A DNA stretch of 64,000 nt from an uncultured Verrucomicrobiae bacterium (lineage in GTDB: Bacteria; Verrucomicrobiota; Verrucomicrobiia; Chthoniobacterales; UBA10450): assembly GCA_963756875.1 (NCBI GenBank), contig CAVWPA010000003.1, positions 416,001-480,000 of the forward strand, given 5' to 3'. The notes below the pieces were generated by a model. That model was not told where the DNA came from and searched no databases. It worked only from the letters and a program-made list of their open reading frames with translations. Below, piece by piece: positions 20,038 through 29,881 of the stretch. The stretch's first letter is position 1. Every line of letters starts with the position of its first letter. A program made the translations under genes and the position numbers.

Positions 20038-20553
20038 CTATTGATTCTTGGTTTTACCTTCTTCCTTGGACGCGTGATCGCCGTCTTTAGTGGCACGCTG
20101 TTCCCTCCTGTATTTGCCCTTCTTGGTCCTCTCATGCGACTTGGAGCCGTCCTTGTGATAAACACGCTGCCCATGCTGCCCGCGGGTTTTCCTATCGCGC
20201 ACGACCGTTTGCGATCCAGCGCGGGGTTCGGGTGTCGTTTTGGTCACGGGCTCAGTTGCTGAGGGTGTCGTTTTGATCACGGGCTGAGTTGCTGAGCTGG
20301 CAACGGGAGTTGCTGAGCTAGCAACGGGAGCAACCGTCGCCGCAGGGGCGGGCGAAGCCGCTTTCGGGTTGGCCGGGGATGGCGACGCGCCGGCATTCGG
20401 AAGGTTAACGACGCTCGTCCCAACCTGCAGTCCCGGCGCATACCGCACTTGGAATGAATCATTCGGCGGAGCCACTGGCGTCGGCGATTGCGCTGATAGC
20501 GACACCGCAGAAAAGACCACCAATACGATTATCAACCGTGCCGAATTATTCAT
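20038..20553 (-). CDS. Hypothetical secreted Pro/Thr/Ala-rich protein with basic tail
   Basis: Signal peptide; internal repeats (VASSATP x2, VxKTTP x2); Lys-rich C-terminus. Confidence 0.6.
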   Translation of the reverse strand: MNNSARLIIVLVVFSAVSLSAQSPTPVAPPNDSFQVRYAPGLQVGTSVVNLPNAGASPSPANPKAASPAPAATVAPVASSATPVASSATQPVIKTTPSATEPVTKTTPEPRAGSQTVVRDRKTRGQHGQRVYHKDGSKSHERTKKGKYRREQRATKDGDHASKEEGKTKNQ

Positions 20554-20672
20554 GAGAAGGATAATGGTAGGGCAATCGGGCGCATAAGCGAGTGTGATTT
20601 CGTGCGCGAGCTAAAACTCCAACAATTCGTTCGCATGTCGCTCGCAGCGCGAAGAATAGAGGGAATTTAGAT

Positions 20673-20697
20673 TGGCTACGCCGCTTGGATTCGAACC
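20673..20697 (-). repeat. Duplicated tRNA-Gln 3' end carrying CCA
   Basis: GGTTCGAATCCAAGCGGCGTAGCCA versus tRNA GGTTCGAATCCAAGCGGGGTAGCC (1 mismatch). Confidence 0.9.
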
Positions 20698-21042
20698 GCG
20701 TAAAAGGCTTCGCCTCACGCGGCTGATCGACTTGGGAATCTCTTAAGATAATAGGTTAATTGTCGCCGCAGGAAACGCCTGCCGCTGCCGCTCTTTAAAT
20801 ATCGCTCCCGTCCCTCGGCGTCACGTTGATCGGTGTAGGCCTCGTAGTAGATGAGCTTCCATGGCCCCCGGTGTTTTGTGGCCTTCCGAGGCACCTGCTT
20901 TGTGCTGCGACAAGCGTCTTTTAAGGTCCGCAGAATAGCCGATGTAAAAGCCCGCATCGGACCCAGAGTGTAAAAGATAAACGTAGAACATGTCCGCCAA
21001 TTAACGCATTGTGAGCCGCGTGAGGCGAAGCCTTTTACGCGG
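20696..21042 (-). mobile_element. 347-bp putative mobile element: GIY-YIG gene between perfect 29-bp terminal inverted repeats
   Basis: 20696..20724 CCGCGTAAAAGGCTTCGCCTCACGCGGCT is the exact reverse complement of 21014..21042; flanked by direct copies of the tRNA 3' end. Confidence 0.8.
20715..20991 (-). CDS. Small GIY-YIG nuclease (about 91 aa; +1 frameshift near 20886)
   Basis: MFYVYLLHSGSDAGFYIGYSADLKRRLSQHKAGAS / KATKHRGPWKLIYYEAY..DAEGRERYLKSG; stop codon lies inside the inverted repeat. Confidence 0.88.
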
Positions 21043-21043
21043 G

Positions 21044-21114
21044 CTACCCCGCTTGGATTCGAACCAAGAATAACGCCTCCAAAGGGCGCTGTGTTACCGT
21101 TACACCACGGGGTA
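21044..21114 (-). tRNA. tRNA-Gln(TTG)
   Basis: TACCCCG acceptor stem, anticodon arm GCGCC-CTTTGGA-GGCGT, T-loop GTTCGAATC; followed by CCC, not CCA. Confidence 0.95.
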
Positions 21115-21183
21115 TTCCCGATCCGGGATCGTGGATTTCGGACTACCGATTTGCAACCGTAGCGCGCTCGACAGCGCGCGCAA

Positions 21184-22314
21184 TTATTGCCCGGTGGATG
21201 ATTTTGGCAGCCGAATATCGATTGTGGTCCCTTTGCCCGGAACGCTGGCAATGGAAATTGTGCCGCCATGCGCTTCCATGATCGATTTCGCGACGGCCAG
21301 TCCGGCCCCGGTGCGGTGCGATTGGGCATGCGGCTCGAATGGCTCGAATAACCGCGAGACCAGCTCCGGGGGGATTCCGACGCCTGTGTCCGAGATTCGT
21401 AGGGCAACCTGTCCGAGTACCAGGTCGGTCGTGAGTGTGAGCACGCCTCCGTTCGGCATGGCGCCGATGGCGTTATCGATCACGGTTCCGAGCGAACGTG
21501 TCACCCGGCCAAGATCGATGTCGACGTTGCCCTCGTATCGAATGTGTTTTACAAACTCGATTTTCCTCGCCGGCAAGAGATGAAGCGATTGCCGGTTCAA
21601 TTCATCGAGCAAACGCCAGATCGAGACCGGCCGCTTGCTGACCGAAACCGAGCCGCGCGTGTAATCGAGCAGGTCCAGGGTCATGCCAAGGATGCCGTTC
21701 ACCGCTTCGGTAAGCATTTTGCTCAATTCGCGCAGCTGCGGGTCGGTCGATTCGTTTGCGATCACCTCCGAGCAGCAGCGGGCGATACAGACTGGATTTT
21801 TTAGATCCTGGAGCACGGCATTGGCCAGCGCGCCGGCCACTCGCAGGCGTTCTGCGCGCACCGTCTCATGCATGAAATGCGCGTTCACTTTTCGAATGCG
21901 ATCCGTGACGGCGCGAAGAAAGTTCATGTGCAACCGGCTGGGCGCGATCTCAAGAAGCTGCTGGAAGGTTTTCTCTTTGACTGTGCCAATCACTGCAGGT
22001 TCGACCGCGCGCGCCGTGACAGAGCGGGTCTCGCCAGCGAGCAGCGCCGTGGCGCCAAAGAAATTTCCCGGGTCGACATAATCGACAATCTCCTGCTCGC
22101 CGGCGCTGCTGGGCCTCGAAATTTCGATGGAACCTTCTCCCACCAGATAAAGCGAATCGCCGGGGTCGCCCTCGTGAAAAATGATCCCTCCCGGCTCAAC
22201 GTGGAGCACGCCGATCTTGGGCGTGATCCTTTTCAGCGTGGTTGAGCTGATTCCTTCGAAAAGCCGGTTACCGGCGAACCGTTCGGAAACGCGTACTCGC
22301 GGCGCTGAGCTCAT
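21184..22314 (-). CDS. cNMP-binding domain / histidine kinase-like protein (H-box His replaced by Gln)
   Basis: FHEGDPGDSLYLV; LQDLKNP; DNAIGAM, ISDTGVGIP, GAGLAVAK. Confidence 0.88.
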   Translation of the reverse strand: MSSAPRVRVSERFAGNRLFEGISSTTLKRITPKIGVLHVEPGGIIFHEGDPGDSLYLVGEGSIEISRPSSAGEQEIVDYVDPGNFFGATALLAGETRSVTARAVEPAVIGTVKEKTFQQLLEIAPSRLHMNFLRAVTDRIRKVNAHFMHETVRAERLRVAGALANAVLQDLKNPVCIARCCSEVIANESTDPQLRELSKMLTEAVNGILGMTLDLLDYTRGSVSVSKRPVSIWRLLDELNRQSLHLLPARKIEFVKHIRYEGNVDIDLGRVTRSLGTVIDNAIGAMPNGGVLTLTTDLVLGQVALRISDTGVGIPPELVSRLFEPFEPHAQSHRTGAGLAVAKSIMEAHGGTISIASVPGKGTTIDIRLPKSSTGQ

Positions 22315-22324
22315 GGCCCCGGGG

Positions 22325-23059
22325 CTAACTAGCCAGCGAAGAGCCTGTCGGACCTCCCCCGGCGCGCGAATATTTCACGCTTTCCAGGATTGAGCGGACA
22401 TTGCTAACGATTTCATCGGGCGCCAGCGGTTTTCGCAAGAAGCCGCTAAGTCCGGCGCTCATTAACTGGTCGAGGCGTTCCCCTTGAATAAATCCGGTGC
22501 AAAGCACGACGGGAACGTCGGGCCGAATTTCGCGAAGCCGCTGAAACGTTTCTTCACCATCCATAAACGGCATGGTGAGATCGAGAATGACGAGTTCGTA
22601 GGCATGCGGGCGTCGTCGAAATAGATCGAGACATTCAAACCCGGACTGCGCCGTGGTCACATTGTAGCCGGATGTGGAAAGGAGTTGTTTCACCAGCGTC
22701 AACGCCATTTCCTCATCGTCCACTACCAGAATGCCCGGCCTGTGCACCGGCATTTGTGTCACCGCTTTCGGTTTTACGAATCCGGCCAGATCGGGATGCA
22801 TCAGCATCTTGTGCTCGGCTCCGCCGGCTTGCTGCGAAAGCTGGGCTGCAACCGTCTCCGCGCGCTCGATGCTTTCACGCAGCATCTCGAGATATTTTTC
22901 GGCGCCGTCGCTGCCTTCCCACATGTTCTCGATTTCGGAGCTCGTGCCCGAAATGATCTGCAGGAGATTGTTCAGCTCGCTGGCAGCTTTGGAGACCGAT
23001 TTCTTGGAAACCGAATCATCCGGCGGAAGCGGGGTATTGCTCTTCGAATGAGACTTCAT
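22325..23059 (-). CDS. Receiver-domain protein with N-terminal HisKA-like helix lacking His
   Basis: AASELNNLLQII; ILVVDDE, LDLTMP, CTG, RKP. Confidence 0.85.
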   Translation of the reverse strand: MKSHSKSNTPLPPDDSVSKKSVSKAASELNNLLQIISGTSSEIENMWEGSDGAEKYLEMLRESIERAETVAAQLSQQAGGAEHKMLMHPDLAGFVKPKAVTQMPVHRPGILVVDDEEMALTLVKQLLSTSGYNVTTAQSGFECLDLFRRRPHAYELVILDLTMPFMDGEETFQRLREIRPDVPVVLCTGFIQGERLDQLMSAGLSGFLRKPLAPDEIVSNVRSILESVKYSRAGGGPTGSSLAS

Positions 23060-23238
23060 CCGGCTAACTCTAAGCACGCCTGATGCCTCCGAAGGCCCTG
23101 CTCCGAAAAAATATCCCCAGCTTTGGGACAGATTGACGCAGTCAAGCCAGGCTGCGTTACCCTATTTGGAGCCGGCCGGCACACCGGAAATCCGATTCGC
23201 AATCAGGTCAATCCCGCCTATACTTGTTGTTCCCACTT

Positions 23239-24006
23239 ATGAAGGAACTTCGCATTGAAAATCTGCACGCGAACATCGCCGATCGGGAGATTGTTCGCGG
23301 CCTCAGTCTCGCCATCCCGCAGGGGGAAGTGCATGCCATCATGGGGCCGAACGGCTCGGGCAAGAGCACGCTTGCGAAAGTGATGGCCGGCCATCCCGAT
23401 TATCAGGTCACCGGCGGCAGGGTCATGATGGACGGTGAAAATTTGCTCGAACTCGAACCGGACGAGCGTGCGCGTCGCGGACTTTTTCTCGCTTTTCAGT
23501 ACCCGAACGAAGTTCCCGGCGTCACCATCGCGAATTTCTTGCGTGCCGCGGTGCAATCGCGTCTGCCGGAGGGTGAGGAACTCGAGGCCACCGATTACTA
23601 CGCAAAGCTTTACGAAAAAATGGAGCTCCTCGGGATGGAGCGTTCGTTCACCTCGCGTTCGGTCAACGAAGGTTTTTCCGGCGGCGAAAAGAAGCGCGCC
23701 GAGATTTTACAGCTGGCCATGCTGGAACCGAAGTATGCGATCCTCGATGAGACCGACAGCGGTCTCGACATCGATGCGCTCAAAACCGTCGCTCACGGCG
23801 TGAATTCGTTGCGCGGGCCGAATATTGGAATACTTTTAATCACACATTATCAGCGTATCCTGAACTACATCGTTCCCGACCACGTGCATGTGATGGTGCA
23901 GGGCCGGATCGTGCGCAGCGGCGGGAAGGAACTGGCGCTCGAGCTCGAAGAGCGAGGCTATGATTGGGCGCGTGAGACGGCCGGTGAGATGGCGCTGACC
24001 AAATAA
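23239..24006 (+). CDS. sufC: Fe-S cluster assembly ATPase SufC
   Basis: [37 protein letters not shown]. Confidence 0.97.
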   Translation: MKELRIENLHANIADREIVRGLSLAIPQGEVHAIMGPNGSGKSTLAKVMAGHPDYQVTGGRVMMDGENLLELEPDERARRGLFLAFQYPNEVPGVTIANFLRAAVQSRLPEGEELEATDYYAKLYEKMELLGMERSFTSRSVNEGFSGGEKKRAEILQLAMLEPKYAILDETDSGLDIDALKTVAHGVNSLRGPNIGILLITHYQRILNYIVPDHVHVMVQGRIVRSGGKELALELEERGYDWARETAGEMALTK

Positions 24007-24031
24007 CAAAACTCGGCAACCACAAATCGAC

Positions 24032-25441
24032 ATGAAAACTGAAACCAAAGCGGTCGATATCAATCGCGGAATCGGCGATTTCGCATATCCGGAAGTGCAC
24101 GTTCGTGATGCGGGCGCCGGTTTGAGCGAAAAGACCATTCATTACATCTCCGACGTCAAGGAAGACCCCGATTGGGTCCGTGAATTCCGGCTGCGCGGGC
24201 TGAAGACATTTCTTGAGAAGCCGCTGCCCACGCATTGGGCCAGCAAGGACCTCGAGGCAATTGATTTCGACAAGATCCGTTATTATCTGTCGCCCGGCAC
24301 CACCACGAAGCGCAGTTGGGACGAAGTGCCGGAGGACATCAAACGCACGTTCGAACGGCTGGGGATTCCCGAGCAGGAGCGAAAATTCCTGGCCGGCGTG
24401 GAAGCGCAGTTCGACAGCGAAGCGGTTTACTCAAACATCAAGAAAGCGGTCGGCGAACAAGGCGTCATTTTCATCGGCTCGACCGAAGGCCTGAAGAATC
24501 ATCCGGACATTTTCCGGAAATGGTTCGGCAAGATCATTCCGATTGGCGATAACAAATTCAGCGCGCTCAACAGCGCGGTCTTCAGCGGCGGTTCGTTCAT
24601 TTATGTTCCGCCCGGCGTGAAGGTGAAACATCCGCTCCAGGCGTACTTCCGGATCAACGCGGAAAACTTCGGGCAGTTCGAACGAACGCTGATCATCGCG
24701 GACGAAGGCTCGGAAGTCACTTACATGGAAGGTTGCACCGCGCCGAAGTTCAACACCGCCACTCTGCACAGCGCGGTGGTGGAGTTGGTGGCGCTCAAGG
24801 GGGCGAAGATCCAATACATCACGGTGCAAAACTGGTCGGCTAACGTTTTCAATCTGGTGACGAAACGCGGCCTGGCGCACGAAGAGGCGGAGGTGAAATG
24901 GATCGATTGCAATATCGGTTCGCGTCTCACCATGAAGTATCCGGGCGTGGTTCTGAAGGGCCGCAAAGCGCGTGGCGAGGTGCTCTCAATCGCGCTTGCC
25001 AACAACGGCCAGCATCAGGACACCGGCGCGAAAATGGTTCATGCCGCCGATGAGACAACCTCGAATATTATTTCGAAATCGATTTCGATCGGCACCGGAC
25101 GCGCAACCTATCGCGGCCTGGTCCACGTGCCGAAACACCTCAAGCATTGCAAAAACAATACCGAGTGCGACGCGTTGCTCATCAACGCAACCAGCCGCAC
25201 CGACACCTATCCCGCGATTACCGTGCGCGGCGTCGGCAACGCCGTGCAGCACGAGGCGAGCGTCAGCCAGGTGAGCGCGGAACAGATTTTTTATATGCAA
25301 CAGCGTGGCCTGACCCAAGCGCAGGCCATGAGCTTGAGCGTAAACGGGTTCGTCAACGATCTCGTCCGCCAGTTTCCGATGGAATACTCGGTCGAGCTCA
25401 AGCGTCTGATCGAGCTGGAAATGGAAGGTTCGGTTGGATAA
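24032..25441 (+). CDS. sufB: Fe-S cluster assembly protein SufB
   Basis: [37 protein letters not shown]. Confidence 0.97.
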   Translation: MKTETKAVDINRGIGDFAYPEVHVRDAGAGLSEKTIHYISDVKEDPDWVREFRLRGLKTFLEKPLPTHWASKDLEAIDFDKIRYYLSPGTTTKRSWDEVPEDIKRTFERLGIPEQERKFLAGVEAQFDSEAVYSNIKKAVGEQGVIFIGSTEGLKNHPDIFRKWFGKIIPIGDNKFSALNSAVFSGGSFIYVPPGVKVKHPLQAYFRINAENFGQFERTLIIADEGSEVTYMEGCTAPKFNTATLHSAVVELVALKGAKIQYITVQNWSANVFNLVTKRGLAHEEAEVKWIDCNIGSRLTMKYPGVVLKGRKARGEVLSIALANNGQHQDTGAKMVHAADETTSNIISKSISIGTGRATYRGLVHVPKHLKHCKNNTECDALLINATSRTDTYPAITVRGVGNAVQHEASVSQVSAEQIFYMQQRGLTQAQAMSLSVNGFVNDLVRQFPMEYSVELKRLIELEMEGSVG

Positions 25442-25464
25442 CCCTCTAGCCTAACAAATTTAAC

Positions 25465-25488
25465 TGTAGCGGCGGTCTATGACCGCCG
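25465..25488. repeat. GTAG-type REP
   Basis: TGTAG-CGGCGGTC-TAT-GACCGCCG. Confidence 0.7.
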
Positions 25489-25503
25489 TTCTTGTCTATA
25501 GAA

Positions 25504-26826
25504 ATGTCCCTGGTCACTCACGATGAAACGACAAAAGCCGGCCGGGTCCTTTCAGGACCGACCGGTTCCGAGGATTTCCCGGACTGGTTCCGCGAACAAC
25601 AGCGCGCGGCATGGAAACAATTCGAATCGCTCCCGTCGCCGACACGGAAAGATCAGCCCTGGCGTTTTTCCAGTGTCGATCTTCTTGATCTCTCCCCTTT
25701 CGTTCGCTCGCAAGCCCTGAACGATGAGGAGCGCGCCGCAATCCTCGAACAATCGCGCGGGCTCGATAAGGTCGCGGGCCGTCTCGTTTTTGCCGGCGAC
25801 GAGCTGATTCACCGCGATGTCATTTCCGATCAACTTCGGAAGCGCGGCGTCATCTTTCAACCGCTCGAGCGTGCCATGGTCGAGCACGCCGATTTGTTTC
25901 GTAAATATTTCATGTCGCAGCCGGCAATCCTTGGCTCGGCCAAATTCGCCGCCTTGCATCAGGCGCTGGTCACGTCGGGAACATTTCTGTTCGTCCCGCG
26001 CGGCGTGGAGATCGAATTGCCGATCGAAATTTTTCACTGGCTGAGCGGCGACAATGCCGCGGTCTTTCCGCATTTGCTCCTGGTCACGGATGAACTTTCC
26101 AAAGTCACGGTGGTCGAGCATTTCGGTTCCGTCGATCGGCAGCAGACCGGCTTCGCGTGCGGAGTGAACGACCTGATCGCAGGCCCCGGCGCAAAAGTCA
26201 CCTACGTTTGCGCGCAGAATTGGGGAACAAACGTCGTCGCGCTGCAGATCAACTCGACAAGAGTCGAACATGACGCCTCGGCCATGAGCTTGAATTTGCA
26301 TCTTGGCGGGAAATATTCGCGCTTCGAAAGCCTGAGCCGCCTAACCAGCGAAGGCGCGCGCAGCGATCTGCTCGCGGTGTCGGTTGCCGACGGGTCCCAG
26401 GAGTTCGACGCGCGCACGCTCCAGGATCACATCTCTCCACACACTACCAGCGATCTCCTTTACAAAAACGCGCTGAGCGATCGCGCCCGGAATATCTTCG
26501 GCGGCCTGATCCGCGTAGAGCCGCACGCGCATTTCACCGACGCCTACCAGAAAGTACGCAACCTTCTCTTGAGCGATGATGCGGAAGCGAACTCGATGCC
26601 CGGTCTCGAAATTATGGCTGATAACGTCCGCTGCACGCACGGTGCAACGTCCGGCCAGATCGATGAAGACGAATTATTTTATCTGCGCTCGCGCGGAATC
26701 TCCATCCCTGTTGCGCAACGCCTCATTGTGGCCGGATTTTTAAATGAAGTCATCAAGCGCCTTGATCAACCGGCGATCGCGGAGCATTTGAATCGGTTGA
26801 TCGAAGAGAAATTTTCCGGCGCATAA
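25504..26826 (+). CDS. sufD: Fe-S cluster assembly protein SufD
   Basis: QKVRNLLLS, PGLEIMADNVRCTHGATSG, LFYLRSRG; follows sufB. Confidence 0.95.
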   Translation: MSLVTHDETTKAGRVLSGPTGSEDFPDWFREQQRAAWKQFESLPSPTRKDQPWRFSSVDLLDLSPFVRSQALNDEERAAILEQSRGLDKVAGRLVFAGDELIHRDVISDQLRKRGVIFQPLERAMVEHADLFRKYFMSQPAILGSAKFAALHQALVTSGTFLFVPRGVEIELPIEIFHWLSGDNAAVFPHLLLVTDELSKVTVVEHFGSVDRQQTGFACGVNDLIAGPGAKVTYVCAQNWGTNVVALQINSTRVEHDASAMSLNLHLGGKYSRFESLSRLTSEGARSDLLAVSVADGSQEFDARTLQDHISPHTTSDLLYKNALSDRARNIFGGLIRVEPHAHFTDAYQKVRNLLLSDDAEANSMPGLEIMADNVRCTHGATSGQIDEDELFYLRSRGISIPVAQRLIVAGFLNEVIKRLDQPAIAEHLNRLIEEKFSGA

Positions 26827-26913
26827 TCGCGTTCCGGCGTTTGAGGCAGAATTTCTTTGCACAAGCTTGTCGGACTGTTGTATTTTTGGATGCTGGGAAA
26901 CGATTCTCGATCC

Positions 26914-27363
26914 ATGGACGTAAGCGGACACATTGGCGCGATCCTGAGCCAAAAGAGCGGTGAGGTCTTCTCGATTTCGCCCGACGCGACCGTCTTCGAA
27001 GCGATCGAGGTCATGGACGCGAAGAACATCGGCGCGCTGCTGGTGATGGAAGGCGATCGTTTGGTGGGGATGCTTTCCGAGCGCGATTACACGCGGAAAG
27101 TGATGCTGCGCGGGAAACGCTCGCGCGAAACGCAAGTCGCCGAAATCATGTCCACGAACGTGACGGTGACGCATCCGCAGGAGGGTGTGCAAAAATGCTT
27201 GCACCTCATGACGGACAAACATATTCGCCACCTGCCGGTGCTTGATGGCGACAAAGTGGTCGGAGTCGTTTCGATCGGCGATCTGGTAAAGTGGATCATC
27301 TCCTGCCAGAGCGCCGCTATCGAGCATCTGGAAAATTACATCAGCGGCGGATACAGCGGGTAA
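26914..27363 (+). CDS. CBS-domain pair protein
   Basis: NIGALLV, LSERDY, IRHLPV, VSIGDLVK. Confidence 0.92.
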   Translation: MDVSGHIGAILSQKSGEVFSISPDATVFEAIEVMDAKNIGALLVMEGDRLVGMLSERDYTRKVMLRGKRSRETQVAEIMSTNVTVTHPQEGVQKCLHLMTDKHIRHLPVLDGDKVVGVVSIGDLVKWIISCQSAAIEHLENYISGGYSG

Positions 27364-27367
27364 TTGT

Positions 27368-27468
27368 AGTAGCGGCGCTCTATGAGCGTCGCATTATTTT
27401 TTCCCAGTATTTTGCGACGGTCATCCACCTTCGCCAGGCTACGGCGTGACAGGTAGACCGCCGCTACA
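27368..27468. repeat. GTAG-type REP doublet with nested 30-bp insert
   Basis: GTAGCGGCGCTCTATGAGCGTCG ... CGACGGTCAT[insert]AGACCGCCGCTACA; supplies the pyrC stop codon. Confidence 0.7.
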
Positions 27469-28747
27469 ACGTCCAGACGGTTTCGCCGCTGACGATCGTC
27501 CTCACTGCGCGGCCTTTTAACTTCCAACCGTCGAAGGGAGAATTGCGCGAGATGGATTGGGAATTCGCGATATCAACCGTCCATTCCAGGTCGGGCGCGA
27601 TCAATGTTACATCGGCCGTTGCGCCCGGTGAGAGAGTCCCGGCGTTGAGCTTCAGCAAACGTGCAGGTTCGGCCGTGTACATTTCGATCAAGCGCACAAT
27701 GTCGATCGTGCGATGTTTGTGAACGAGAAGATCGAGAAAAATCCCAAGTTCGGTTTCGAGCCCGATGATTCCGAATGGCGCCGCGTCGAATTCGACTTCC
27801 TTTTCAAAGTCGGCGTGCGGGGCGTGATCTGAAGCGAGGACCGATAGTGTGGCATCTGCAATTCCTTCGAGCAACGCGTCGATGTCTCTCTGCGCGCGCA
27901 ACGGCGGATTCATTTTGTAGTTGGTATCGAAGTTTTGGACTGCGTCGTCGGTCAACGCGATATGATGTGGACAGACCTCCCCGCTGATTTTGATTCCCCG
28001 TGAGCGCGCCTCGCGAATCAAACGCACGCTGCCGGCCGCGGTGATGTGCTGGCAATGGATGTGATGATCGCAAAGCTCGGCGAGCAAAATGTTGCGCATG
28101 ACGATCACTTCCTCGCCCGCGGCCGGCCAGCCGGGAAGCCCGAGCAACGTGCTCCAGTAGCCTTCGTGCACAACGCCGTTGCCGACCAGATCGTAATCCT
28201 GGCAATGATCGAGCACCGGCAAGCCAACCATGCGCGCGTATTCGACGGCGCGCCGCATCAATTCATGGCTTTGAACACAGCGGCCGTCGTCCGTGATTGC
28301 CACCACGCCTGCCTGGGCCAGCGAACCGATCGGCGCCAGTTCTTCGCCGGCGAGATCTTTCGAGATGGCGCCGCACGGCAAAACATTTACGCAGGCCGCC
28401 TCGGCGGCCCGATCCTTGATCCACGCGATCGTGGCCGGGCTGTCCGCCGCGGGCGATGTGTTCGGCATGCAAACAACAGTGGTGAATCCGCCCGCCGCAG
28501 CCGCCCGTGCGCCGGACTCGATTGTTTCCTTATGGCTAAATCCGGGCTCACGCAGATGCACGTGCATGTCGATCAGCCCGGGAGAGACGATTAAGCCGCT
28601 CGCGTCGATTGTTTCAATTGCGGATTGCGGATCGCGGATTGCGGATCGATTGGCGATGCGTCCGTCGACAATTACCAAGTCGGCGATCTCGTCGCGCCTA
28701 TTTACCGGATCGATAATGCGCCCGCCGCGGATGATGGTCGCACTCAT
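27464..28747 (-). CDS. pyrC: Dihydroorotase (multifunctional complex type)
   Basis: [29 protein letters not shown]. Confidence 0.96.
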   Translation of the reverse strand: MSATIIRGGRIIDPVNRRDEIADLVIVDGRIANRSAIRDPQSAIETIDASGLIVSPGLIDMHVHLREPGFSHKETIESGARAAAAGGFTTVVCMPNTSPAADSPATIAWIKDRAAEAACVNVLPCGAISKDLAGEELAPIGSLAQAGVVAITDDGRCVQSHELMRRAVEYARMVGLPVLDHCQDYDLVGNGVVHEGYWSTLLGLPGWPAAGEEVIVMRNILLAELCDHHIHCQHITAAGSVRLIREARSRGIKISGEVCPHHIALTDDAVQNFDTNYKMNPPLRAQRDIDALLEGIADATLSVLASDHAPHADFEKEVEFDAAPFGIIGLETELGIFLDLLVHKHRTIDIVRLIEMYTAEPARLLKLNAGTLSPGATADVTLIAPDLEWTVDIANSQSISRNSPFDGWKLKGRAVRTIVSGETVWTL

Positions 28748-29676
28748 GTGGCGATTCCTCCGCAGAGATAAAGGACAGCCATGCGCACGGCCAGACCGTT
28801 GGTTACCTGATCGAGAATAACGCTTTGCACGCCATCGGCCACATCGCTATCGATCTCGACGCCGCGATTGATGGGCCCCGGGTGCATGATCAGGCAATCG
28901 GGCTTCAATAATCTTGCGCGCTGTTTGGTCAGTCCGAACAGCGCGCGATACTCGCTGATCCCCGGGAAATATTCCTTGCGCTGACGTTCGTGCTGGATGC
29001 GCAACAAGTTCACCACGTCTGCCGTTGGGAGGACGTCGTCGATTTTATGCGAGACGGCGACGCCCAATTTTTCGAACTCGCGCGGCACCAGCGTGCTGGG
29101 GCCAACCAGAGTCACCCGGGCCCCGAGTTTCGTCAGGCCCAAAATGTTCGAGCGCGCGACGCGGCTGAAGAGAATATCTCCGACGATGACAACATGGAGT
29201 CCGGCGATCTGGCCTCGCTTCTCACGGATGGTATAGAGATCGAGCAGCGCCTGCGTCGGATGTTCGTGCGCTCCATCGCCGGCATTCACGACGCTCGATT
29301 TCAATCTCTCGGCCAAAAACTGCGGAGCGCCCGCCGAGCTGTGGCGCAGGACGAGGATGTCTGCGTGGAGCGCTTCCAAATTGCGCGCGGTATCTTTAAG
29401 GGTTTCGCCCTTGGTAAGGCTCGACGCGCTGGTGGAAATGTTAATCACGTCCGCGCTGAGACGGAACGCGGCGAGCTCGAAAGAAGTCCGGGTGCGCGTG
29501 CTAGGTTCGATGAAGAAGTTGATGAGCGTTTTGCCGCGCAGGGCGGGCACTTTTTTGATCTCCCGGGCGCCGACCTGTTTAAACGCGTCTGCCGTCTCGA
29601 GAATAAAGTTGATCTCCTCCGCAGAGAGCTCACGCAGACCAAGCAGATCTTTTCGTGTCCAGCGCGCAGTGGTCAT
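28744..29676 (-). CDS. pyrB: Aspartate carbamoyltransferase catalytic subunit
   Basis: [29 protein letters not shown]. Confidence 0.97.
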   Translation of the reverse strand: MTTARWTRKDLLGLRELSAEEINFILETADAFKQVGAREIKKVPALRGKTLINFFIEPSTRTRTSFELAAFRLSADVINISTSASSLTKGETLKDTARNLEALHADILVLRHSSAGAPQFLAERLKSSVVNAGDGAHEHPTQALLDLYTIREKRGQIAGLHVVIVGDILFSRVARSNILGLTKLGARVTLVGPSTLVPREFEKLGVAVSHKIDDVLPTADVVNLLRIQHERQRKEYFPGISEYRALFGLTKQRARLLKPDCLIMHPGPINRGVEIDSDVADGVQSVILDQVTNGLAVRMAVLYLCGGIAT

Positions 29677-29714
29677 AAGCTTTCGCGCGTCTGTCGCGCG
29701 GCTCCGATGGCCCT

Positions 29715-29861
29715 GGTAGCGCACGCGTCTCGCGTGCCGGTTTCGGCGTCACGCCGAAACGATCTTTCCCCGGATATGACTAAGCTGCGCGTTTCGAATG
29801 TTAAGAAAAAGTTCGCGATGGCGAGGACGCCCTCGCCAGCACGCGAGGCGCATGCGCTACC
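29715..29861. repeat. GTAG-type REPIN
   Basis: GGTAGCGCACGCGTCTCGCGTGC ... GCACGCGAGGCGCATGCGCTACC with inner hairpins. Confidence 0.75.
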
Positions 29862-29881
29862 CGGAATGTTCGCGGCGGCGT

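Noticed and set aside
14704..21114. Classical integrase-driven genomic island or prophage at tRNA-Gln
   Set aside because: No integrase or phage genes, and no distant att copy seen left of 19788 in this window.
20715..21407. 230-aa ORF in the track
   Set aside because: It runs through tRNA-Gln and the kinase gene; only its last ~56 codons are the real GIY-YIG C-terminus.
23239..26826. sufCBD without adjacent sufS/sufU
   Set aside because: Split suf loci are common; a desulfurase and Mrp are encoded nearby.
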